Shown: piece by piece, positions 9,878-18,102 of the stretch
How the letters are laid out: every line of letters begins with the position of its first letter
Numbering within the stretch: the stretch's first letter is position 1
Source of the DNA: Candidatus Poribacteria bacterium
Lineage (GTDB): Bacteria; Poribacteria; WGA-4E; WGA-3G
Length of the DNA stretch: 64,000 bases
NCBI GenBank assembly: GCA_022823085.1
Contig: JAJDXV010000021.1
Coordinates: 393-64,392, forward strand
Reading direction: 5' to 3'
Position numbers and translations under genes: made by a program
Notes under the pieces: model-generated
The model's input: the letters and a program-made list of their open reading frames with translations, nothing else
Told to the model about the DNA's origin: nothing
Databases searched by the model: none

Positions 9878-10050
9878 GCAAGCAGTCGCAACGAAGGCGC
9901 GACGGACAAGACAGAACGATGTGTTAGCCTCAGGAACCCTGATTTACCGCAAGGAAAATTTAAAAAGTCGAAACGAAGGCGCGACAGACAACAGAGAACG
10001 GATTATTAGCAATGGTAACACTGACGAACCGCAAAGAAAATTTAAAAAAC
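9878..10050 (+). repeat. Two tandem copies of the GCAACGAAGGCGCGAC...ACCGCAAGGAAAATTTAAAA repeat
   Basis: Copies at 9878-9966 and 9967-10050; the second overlaps the first galK codons. Confidence 0.75.
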
Positions 10051-11265
10051 AGCAAAAATCCTGATCGGCTCTCTCCTATCACGGAGAGGTTTGAAGCCGT
10101 CTTCGGCACCGCGCCGACATTTATCGCATCCGCACCAGGGAGAGTGAATCTCATCGGGGAACACACAGATTACAACGACGGGTACGTGTTTCCTGTCGCA
10201 ATCAATAAATATCTTAACATCGCTGTACGTAAGCGGTCCGACCGGCGCGTCGTCCTACACGCTTTAGATGTAAGCGAATCTTGCGATTTCTCGCTTGACG
10301 CGCGCACACCTATTCCGCACCAGACACCAGCGTGGAGTCGTTACCTCATAGGCGTTGCGTCCTTACTACAAGCCTCTGGAAAACAGGTCGCCGGCATTGA
10401 TGCCGTCATTACAGGCGATGTCCCGATCGGCGCAGGACTCAGCTCTTCAGCGGCACTCTCAGTCGCTGCGACACTCGCTTTCTTAACCGCTGCCTCCGAA
10501 ACCGCTATATCAGAAAACGATAAGCCGGAACTTGCAGCGTTGTGCCAACGCGTGGAACACGAATTCGCAGGCGTTAAGTGTGGAATCATGGATCAGACGA
10601 TTTCACTGTTAGGACAAGAAAACTGTGGACTGTTCCTTGACTGTCGTTCGCTTGAATATGAGCACGTCCCGCTCAACCTCGCAGACCACGCTATCGCAAT
10701 TTGTAATACAAAAGTTAAACGGGAACTCGCAACCTCCGAATACAACAAACGGCGAGCCGAATGCGAAAGGGGGGTCGAAATCCTCAGACGGTGGCTACCG
10801 GGCGCTACTTCACTTCGCGACATTACGGTAACGGATTTCAAAAAACATGAAGAAGAACTGCCGGCACTAACACAAAAGAGATGTCGGTATGTGATAGAAG
10901 AGAATGCACGCGTGGTCGCGGCAGTCTCTGCACTCAAGTGTCGGAGCGAGGGCACCTCGTCCCGAACAGATGAATCACTGATCGCATTTGGTAATCTCAT
11001 GAATGCATCACACCACGGACTACGCGACGATTACCAAGTCAGCTGCACGGAGTTAGACCTACTTACCGACATCGCCCGCGACATCACAGGGGTCGTTGGA
11101 AGCCGTATGACCGGTGCAGGGTTTGGCGGTTGCACTGTCAGTATTGTTCGCAACGACGCTTTGGAGACCTTTCAGACGCGCGTGACAACGGAATACCATC
11201 AAAAGACCGGTATTGAACCCGAAATTTACCTCTGTCATGTCAGCAATGGTGCACAAGTTTTTTAG
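10012..11265 (+). CDS. galK: Galactokinase
   Basis: APGRVNLIGEHTDYNDG, PIGAGLSSSAA, CGIMDQ and GSRMTGAGFGGC. Confidence 0.95.
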   Translation: MVTLTNRKENLKNSKNPDRLSPITERFEAVFGTAPTFIASAPGRVNLIGEHTDYNDGYVFPVAINKYLNIAVRKRSDRRVVLHALDVSESCDFSLDARTPIPHQTPAWSRYLIGVASLLQASGKQVAGIDAVITGDVPIGAGLSSSAALSVAATLAFLTAASETAISENDKPELAALCQRVEHEFAGVKCGIMDQTISLLGQENCGLFLDCRSLEYEHVPLNLADHAIAICNTKVKRELATSEYNKRRAECERGVEILRRWLPGATSLRDITVTDFKKHEEELPALTQKRCRYVIEENARVVAAVSALKCRSEGTSSRTDESLIAFGNLMNASHHGLRDDYQVSCTELDLLTDIARDITGVVGSRMTGAGFGGCTVSIVRNDALETFQTRVTTEYHQKTGIEPEIYLCHVSNGAQVF

Positions 11266-11279
11266 AGACGGGAATCACT

Positions 11280-12362
11280 TTGACACATCGTACAACTCAG
11301 ACAACATATAGTATCGGCGTTGACCTCGGCGGAACGGATATCAAGGCTGGATTGGTTTCATCAGCAGGCGATATTTTTTGTCGTGTCGTGCTGCCGACAG
11401 ATGTTGAAACAGGCGGTCCAAAAGTCGTGGCGGCGCGGATTGCAGAAGCCGTCCGTCAAGTACTCGTGAACGTAGAAACCGCCGGTATCAACATAACTTC
11501 AGAGCAATCCGAAAGTACGGATGCCGAAGTCTACGAAATCGGGGTCGGTCTCGGTGCTCCCGGACTGATTATCGCTGAAACAGGGGTCGTACACTTTTCA
11601 CCGAACTTTCCGGGATGGAGTGACATCCCGCTCGTCGATTACGTTAACGCAGAACTCGCAAAACTACAGCCCACAAAACTCGCTGGACAGACCGACACGC
11701 ATAAGAAATACAAGCCGATATTACGCGGTATGGATAACGATGTGAACGCGATGACTTTAGGTGAACTGCATCACGGTGCGGGGGTCGGATACAAAAGCCT
11801 CGTCGCGCTCACGCTCGGCACAGGTGTTGGTGGTGGTGTCGTGATTGACGGCAAAGTCTATCACGGGAGCCGCAACACCGCTGGCGAATTAGGGCACACC
11901 ATTGTCGAACCGAATGGACGGGTCTGTGGTTGCGGGAATCTGGGGTGTCTTGAGGCGTACGCGGGGGCTAAGAATATCGTCGAACGTATCGAACAAAAGA
12001 TAGCAGATGGACGGCGTTCGAGTTTAGTCGATGTGATCAAGGATGGCGTGGAATTAACGCCGCGAATGATAGCCGAGGCAGCTGAAGCAGGCGACGCACT
12101 CGCCATCGAGATTTTCGCTGAGACCGGACAGTATATCGGTATCGCCTTGACATCAATCGCGCATATCCTCAACCCGCAAATTGCGATCATCGGCGGCGGT
12201 ATCGCGGAAGCCGGTGAACAATTGCTTTTTCAACCGATCCGAAAAGAACTCGCTAAACGCGCGATGGACATCCCCGCACAGATGAAAATTGTAAAGGCGC
12301 ACCTCGGAAACGACGCAGGAATCGTCGGCGCTGCGATGCTTGCAATGGATGCTGTAACATAG
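11280..12362 (+). CDS. ROK-family sugar kinase (glucokinase-like)
   Basis: IGVDLGGTDIK, DNDVNA, TLGTGVGGG and GELGH...CGCGNLGCLE. Confidence 0.92.
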   Translation: MTHRTTQTTYSIGVDLGGTDIKAGLVSSAGDIFCRVVLPTDVETGGPKVVAARIAEAVRQVLVNVETAGINITSEQSESTDAEVYEIGVGLGAPGLIIAETGVVHFSPNFPGWSDIPLVDYVNAELAKLQPTKLAGQTDTHKKYKPILRGMDNDVNAMTLGELHHGAGVGYKSLVALTLGTGVGGGVVIDGKVYHGSRNTAGELGHTIVEPNGRVCGCGNLGCLEAYAGAKNIVERIEQKIADGRRSSLVDVIKDGVELTPRMIAEAAEAGDALAIEIFAETGQYIGIALTSIAHILNPQIAIIGGGIAEAGEQLLFQPIRKELAKRAMDIPAQMKIVKAHLGNDAGIVGAAMLAMDAVT

Positions 12363-12455
12363 GGGACCGTTTGTTTCCTGCGTCTTGTGTAGCATAGGCT
12401 GTTAGCCTGTGTCCTGTGTAGCATAAGGAGACCGTTGGTTTCCTGCGTCCTGTGT
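12355..12455. repeat. Cluster of three GTAGCATAG-type short palindromic (REP-like) units
   Basis: GTAACATAGGGGACCGTTTGTTTCCTGC, GTAGCATAGGCTGTTAGCCTGTG and GTAGCATAAGGAGACCGTTGGTTTCCTGC. Relatives lie at about 33657, 55768 and 58413. Confidence 0.6.
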
Positions 12456-12491
12456 TGATAACTGATAACCACTGCCCTGGAGAACACTCCG

Positions 12492-13211
12492 ATGAACAAG
12501 GAAAACAATTTGCAGAACACAATAAACACATCAGAAAGCCTTGATAAAGAAAACCAAACGGATCAAAGAATAAGTGCCCCGCCTCGAGTGTCCCTCTTAC
12601 AGATTTTGGCGGTCCTCTGTCTGTCTCTAATTCCGCTCAGTTGTTCAAAGGTCCCGGATTTCCTAAAGGACACTTTCCGACCAGAGTTGATCGTCCCGGT
12701 GTTCGATCCTGATGCCTACATTATGCCGCAGACGGGTGCCGTCGGTTACCTGAGAAACGGCATTAAGGCGATGGCAGTCCCGCTCAATGACGTGAAGGCG
12801 GTCGATGCGTTCGCTGTTTTTATTTACAACGGAACGGATCACTGGGTATCTTTCAAAATGAAGGATTGTCAGATGCTTGACGGGACAGGGAACGTCACGA
12901 AAACAATCGACAAGTCACAAGAATCCTTCTATCTAAAAAAGAATTTCAAACCGACGCTGCCCCCTGAATTCGCAGCGGAAGTCTTCCGATGGGATAAATC
13001 CATTCGGATACAAGGTGCCCCGGCGGTACTACCGAGAGAGGACCTTGAAAGAACGACGGTGATGCCGAGGCAACACGCACGATTCTTCCTCTATTTCCGT
13101 AAACGGAGCATCAACTACAGCAGTTTGCGGATCATTGTACCGAGAGTCACAAGTGAATTTAATGACCAACAAACGACGTTCGTCTTCAAATTCAGGGTCC
13201 AACGCGGCTAA
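12492..13211 (+). CDS. Hypothetical lipoprotein
   Basis: Hydrophobic stretch ending in the lipobox-like LIPLSC; operonic position. Confidence 0.6.
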   Translation: MNKENNLQNTINTSESLDKENQTDQRISAPPRVSLLQILAVLCLSLIPLSCSKVPDFLKDTFRPELIVPVFDPDAYIMPQTGAVGYLRNGIKAMAVPLNDVKAVDAFAVFIYNGTDHWVSFKMKDCQMLDGTGNVTKTIDKSQESFYLKKNFKPTLPPEFAAEVFRWDKSIRIQGAPAVLPREDLERTTVMPRQHARFFLYFRKRSINYSSLRIIVPRVTSEFNDQQTTFVFKFRVQRG

Positions 13212-14223
13212 TCTTGGAAGGAAATATAAAAAAATCTATTTTCTTTTATTTCTCCTCTGTTTGAGCTGCACCCTTCCGAAAAGTGAAATTACACAACCGG
13301 AGACCCCACCCGTTACTGAGAAGGGAGCCATTGGAATTCTGTTGTCTAATCGTGAACGGGAACCCTCTCCTATCGTTGGTATCATCTATGTTAAAACGCT
13401 GGGGCGGACCGGACAAGGGCTTGCGGAATTTCAGAGACCGTTCGGACTCGCAATAGATGAACAGAACAGAATCTACGTCGCCGATGCCGGGAACAATCGC
13501 GTACAAGTTATCGACGATACGGGAGGCTTCATCACTGAATTCGGGGGACGTGGATGGCAGAGAGGCGAGTTCGACCACCCTACAGATATAGCCTTAAGCT
13601 TCCAACGGAGTTACCGACACCTCTATGTCGCCGATACAGGGAACAATCGCGTACAATACTGCAATTTTATTGATCAGATTTTCTATGTACTTACCGAAAC
13701 TGTCGACGACACGCCGTTGGATCAACCCGAAGGCATCGGGATCGGACGCAACGGCGAAGTTTATGTCGTAGATACCCGAAATCATCGCTGGATCGAATTC
13801 AATGTCGCCGGTGTTCCAGTTGCCACACGCGGGAGTTTTGGGCGCGGGACAGAACAGTTCTGGGACCCTACAGACCTCGCCGTTGATACCCAAGGGAACA
13901 TCTATATCGTTGATGCAGGCAACCATCTCATCAAAAAATACGACTTTAGTGGCAATCCTATCGGCACTTGGGGCAGTGAAGGAGACAAACTCGGCCAACT
14001 CCGAGAACCGAAGTGTATCGCTTTAGACGATTGGAATTACCTATATGTAACCGACAGCGGCAACCGACGCATCCAAGTTTTTGCACCCGACGGCAAGAGC
14101 ATTACCGAATTCAGTGCGCCCACACTCTTAGAACCGGCAGGGATCGCAGTCTCGAAAACTGGACACGTCTTTGTGAGCGACGCGGAAGCCAACGATATAA
14201 AAGTGTTCCAAGTTTTTCGTTAA
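13162..14223 (+). CDS. NHL-repeat (beta-propeller) lipoprotein; start uncertain
   Basis: Repeated F..P.G.A.D...IYVADAGNNRVQ units; LLCLSC lipobox-like segment. Confidence 0.85.
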   Translation: MTNKRRSSSNSGSNAANLGRKYKKIYFLLFLLCLSCTLPKSEITQPETPPVTEKGAIGILLSNREREPSPIVGIIYVKTLGRTGQGLAEFQRPFGLAIDEQNRIYVADAGNNRVQVIDDTGGFITEFGGRGWQRGEFDHPTDIALSFQRSYRHLYVADTGNNRVQYCNFIDQIFYVLTETVDDTPLDQPEGIGIGRNGEVYVVDTRNHRWIEFNVAGVPVATRGSFGRGTEQFWDPTDLAVDTQGNIYIVDAGNHLIKKYDFSGNPIGTWGSEGDKLGQLREPKCIALDDWNYLYVTDSGNRRIQVFAPDGKSITEFSAPTLLEPAGIAVSKTGHVFVSDAEANDIKVFQVFR

Positions 14224-14231
14224 CTTCCTTT

Positions 14232-17200
14232 ATGCCTATCCGACTCTTTTTCCTTGTCTCCCTCTATTTATGTCTGCTCCCACGTCTCGGAAGTCTGGCA
14301 CAAGAACCCGCGGATGACGACACGAACGTCCTCGAACTTCCTACCTTTTCCGTTCTCCGAAAGATAGAGACCGTCGAACTGAAAGCCGGTGAACAGGAAT
14401 TCACGGTCAAGTACGCACCGATTCTCCGAAATACCGAGCAACTAACGGAAGCGGACGGAAACAAGCTTGTCCGAAATATAGACTACCAAGTCGATTTTTA
14501 TTCCGGCAAAATCACGATAGAACCACGAGGGACGACAACCTACCCGTATAAGTTGAAGATTACCTATCGGACGCTGCCCTTCGCGATTAAAGAGGTCTAC
14601 AAACGCGATCTGTACGGCGAACAAAATCTGGATAGCCAGCAGCCAGCAGCCAGCAGCCGTAGGGGCGAGGTCCCCTCGTCCGCACAGGTTGAGCAACCCA
14701 ACCCCTACGAAGGTTTCCAACAGACCCCAATAGATGATAGCCAATCACAGTTAGAAGTCTCTGGAAGCCAAACGTTCGGTATTTCGCTTGGGAGCGGACG
14801 CGGCGTGACACCGAACCAAGAACTCCGTGTTAACGTCGAGGGGAAAGCCTCCAAAGACATCACCGTTCTGGCGTTGCTATCCGACCAAGATTTACCGATC
14901 CAACCGGAAGGGACGACAGAGAACATCCAAGACATTGACCAGAAGTTGATTCGCATCACGCATCCAAATATGAGAGGCACGTTGGGCGATTTTGAGGGCT
15001 CACTCGGTGCTTCGGAGTTTATCTTTTTTCCGCGTGCATTGGAAGGTGTTCAGGTCGAAGGCGATTACGAGTGGGGACGGTTCCATCTCATTCCGAGCGC
15101 GATTCCGAAGGGACAGTCTACCAGTTTAGTCCTCCGTGGTGAGGAGGGACGCAGCGAATATCGGCTCACGGTCGATGGACAATACGTCATCGTGAAGGCG
15201 GGAAGCGAAATCGTCTGGCTAAACGGCGAAAGGATGCGACGCGGCGAAAACAACGACTATATTATCCGTGAATACGGTGACCCGATCGTCGAATTTAACA
15301 GCAAGCACCTGATAACGAGCAACGACACGATCCGGATCGATTTTGAATACATCTCTGAGGAACGCGCATATCAGCAGAACCTTTACGGACTCAGCAGCGT
15401 TTTCACGCTACCCGGTGAGCGCATAAGCATCGGCGCCTCTTATGCCGTTGAGACAGACCTGAAAGAACCCGATCAGGCACTCATCGCAATTACAGAGACC
15501 GACTTGGCGGCACTGCGCCAAAACATTATGGACCCGGAGGAAGACGGATCGCGCCTCATCGCACCGCAACAACATACCGTATGGGGTTTAGAGAGCAGAC
15601 TCAATATCACCGAAAGCGCGTGGATTGAAGGCGAACTCGCCTATAGCAACCTCGATAGGAATACCTATTCCACGGTAGACCGTAAAGAGGTGAGTCAGGC
15701 GTGGAAACTGATCGGTTCCGCGGATTGGGATTTCGCAACAGGGACAGCGCGTAAGGACGAGGACACCTTGAAGAGACACCTAAGCAAAAACCCCCTACTA
15801 ACAACGAATCTCGATATACGCGCGATGGATGCCGATTTCGTGCCTGTCGGTGCCTCAAGTAGCAACCGGAGCCGTTCCCGATATGAGACGCAATACGCTA
15901 AGGAGGGGTTTGATGACGCGTTTCTGTTCGACACTGCCGGTTTCTCACGCAGCGCACAAGATGAACGAACCGTGAACTTCGACATCCGATTGACACCGAT
16001 GGATTGGTTGGCGTTTGATGCCGGTGTCGGCAGGAGCGAAGAACGAGAACCGCAACGTCCCAAAACCGTTACGACAGAAACAGAGACGTTGTCAACGAGG
16101 AATGCGACGATCCGCAATAACTTCAATTGGGGTGTAAACTTCAATCAACTTGTGGGTAGGCGTAGGAGCGAGGTCACCTCACCCCTACCACGGACAAATG
16201 ATCAGGGAAGCAGTACATCGACACCAGAGGAGCGTCCAACTCCAAAAACATCGCTCCTGAACAAGTTGCCGAATCTCCGATGGGATGACTATCGGAGCAG
16301 TTCGCGTGTTGAGGGTGAAGATTCAACGCGGACGCAATCGCAACAGAAGACAAGACAGGAAGGCAACTTGTCCTATCCGCTCGGTCCGTTCAGGTTCATC
16401 GGCACATTAGGCAGATTAGAATCCACAGAGGCGCGCAATGCAACGCTTAACCGAAAACGGGACCGCGCGATGGGACGTATAGATCTCGTTGATTTCAGTT
16501 GGTTGTCCGTCAACACCAGTTATGAACTTGAGGAGGCTTTCGCGAAGGAACCGTTGCTCACTTTAGACGACGCACCGATCGGTCTATCCGATTGGCAGCG
16601 AAGTACCACAGCGCGAACGTGGAAGGTCGGCGTGTTTTCACAGCAGAAATCTTTTCTCGGCGGCGGCGTGAATCTGCGTGCCAACCTTGCACGCCGGATG
16701 TTACAAGCACACACCGAATTCGGGGCAAACACGACGACGCAACTCGCCGATATTAACCTGCAGTTGACACCCTTAAGCCGCGCCATTGATATAGAAGTCC
16801 GTTATGAGTTAGATAAGAAATTAACAAGCCAACGCCACGAAATCTATACCAACATCCACCCGCATACCGGTGTGCTGCTCCAACCGGGTGAAGGCTATTA
16901 CGTGAAATTGGACGATCTGCACTATGTCGAGGACCCCGAAGAAGGCACTTACATCAAAATCTACCAAAACGTCGGGGATAAACCGACAACGGCAGTAGAT
17001 GCAGATTTCCGTGTCCGTTTCCAACCGCGTCAATATTTCGCACGGCGTGCCAGAGCGCGGCAACAGCAGCAACGTCCGGGCGAGGGCCCCTCATCCCTAC
17101 AACCTGATAGCCTTCGTCCAACACCAAATGCTCGTTCGGGCGAGGGCCCCTCGTCCGAACGGGTTGGGCAACCTGGCCCCCCACCCATGAGAAAGACACC

Positions 17201-18062
17201 CAAGCAAAAACACCCCTACGATAACCATCTAACACGGTTTCTGAACGCGTTGCGAGGTCAAATCCGGTTCTGGTTGACAGAAGAACAAGAGGTAGAGGAT
17301 GCGGTGTCTCTGTATCTGCTCCAGAGCTTACAAGGTTCAGATACGCTTTTTGGACGGTTGAACCAGCATCATCGGCTCGAATTTTCACCCTCACCGGCGT
17401 TCAGTCTTGAGTTCAATCTCCGTACCGGTGAGACACTCAACAAGCGAATCAATAACCAAGAACGGCACAGACAGCATCACACTTGGGATGCGTCTTTCTC
17501 CGTAAATCCGACACAACGCCTCTCTGTCGGTGCCAACTATGAGCAACGTCAGGAGACAGAAAGCTACAACCAATTCGATTTTGAAAACCTTGGGCAGGAG
17601 ACCGGCACTGAAGAAAAGATGATAGACCGTTCCACAACACCTATCTCAGACCTTCACCAACTCGAGCAGACGACTGAACTGAGTCTCCGCTATCAACTGA
17701 GCAATACATTACGATGGAGCGGTATCGGTGGCTATAAACAGACAACCGACGAGGAACAACTTGACGAGGAACCGGAAGCCAATACCCGGACCTTCTCTTA
17801 TGAAAATCGGATTACATACAGCCTTATCGGCAAGGGACGGATTGATTTCAACTACAAACTCGGCTACGGTCAGAATACGGGTGGTATCCCCTTTGCACAA
17901 TACACCTTTTATCAGGGTATCAGCCACGAAATCCGGACGACAGCAGACTACAGGTTGCGGAGATTCACCGACCTATTATTTCGACTCAATTACCGTCTGC
18001 TCTCCACGAAGCATCGCAAACCGGAACACCGCTTAGAGATGACAATCAGCGCGGAACTCTAA
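14232..18062 (+). CDS. Large secreted or outer-membrane protein of unknown function (start reassigned to ATG 14232)
   Basis: Signal peptide MPIRLFFLVSLYLCLL...AQE; beta-strand-rich C-terminus. The ORF-track start at 14013 overlaps the upstream gene. Confidence 0.75.
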   Translation: MPIRLFFLVSLYLCLLPRLGSLAQEPADDDTNVLELPTFSVLRKIETVELKAGEQEFTVKYAPILRNTEQLTEADGNKLVRNIDYQVDFYSGKITIEPRGTTTYPYKLKITYRTLPFAIKEVYKRDLYGEQNLDSQQPAASSRRGEVPSSAQVEQPNPYEGFQQTPIDDSQSQLEVSGSQTFGISLGSGRGVTPNQELRVNVEGKASKDITVLALLSDQDLPIQPEGTTENIQDIDQKLIRITHPNMRGTLGDFEGSLGASEFIFFPRALEGVQVEGDYEWGRFHLIPSAIPKGQSTSLVLRGEEGRSEYRLTVDGQYVIVKAGSEIVWLNGERMRRGENNDYIIREYGDPIVEFNSKHLITSNDTIRIDFEYISEERAYQQNLYGLSSVFTLPGERISIGASYAVETDLKEPDQALIAITETDLAALRQNIMDPEEDGSRLIAPQQHTVWGLESRLNITESAWIEGELAYSNLDRNTYSTVDRKEVSQAWKLIGSADWDFATGTARKDEDTLKRHLSKNPLLTTNLDIRAMDADFVPVGASSSNRSRSRYETQYAKEGFDDAFLFDTAGFSRSAQDERTVNFDIRLTPMDWLAFDAGVGRSEEREPQRPKTVTTETETLSTRNATIRNNFNWGVNFNQLVGRRRSEVTSPLPRTNDQGSSTSTPEERPTPKTSLLNKLPNLRWDDYRSSSRVEGEDSTRTQSQQKTRQEGNLSYPLGPFRFIGTLGRLESTEARNATLNRKRDRAMGRIDLVDFSWLSVNTSYELEEAFAKEPLLTLDDAPIGLSDWQRSTTARTWKVGVFSQQKSFLGGGVNLRANLARRMLQAHTEFGANTTTQLADINLQLTPLSRAIDIEVRYELDKKLTSQRHEIYTNIHPHTGVLLQPGEGYYVKLDDLHYVEDPEEGTYIKIYQNVGDKPTTAVDADFRVRFQPRQYFARRARARQQQQRPGEGPSSLQPDSLRPTPNARSGEGPSSERVGQPGPPPMRKTPKQKHPYDNHLTRFLNALRGQIRFWLTEEQEVEDAVSLYLLQSLQGSDTLFGRLNQHHRLEFSPSPAFSLEFNLRTGETLNKRINNQERHRQHHTWDASFSVNPTQRLSVGANYEQRQETESYNQFDFENLGQETGTEEKMIDRSTTPISDLHQLEQTTELSLRYQLSNTLRWSGIGGYKQTTDEEQLDEEPEANTRTFSYENRITYSLIGKGRIDFNYKLGYGQNTGGIPFAQYTFYQGISHEIRTTADYRLRRFTDLLFRLNYRLLSTKHRKPEHRLEMTISAEL

Positions 18063-18102
18063 CGTGAAATTGATGCGCTCGTTTCCGATAATGACACTTG
18101 CT

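Noticed and set aside
14013-14231. Extended N-terminus of the 1349-aa ORF
   Set aside because: It overlaps the NHL gene out of frame; the signal peptide begins at ATG 14232.
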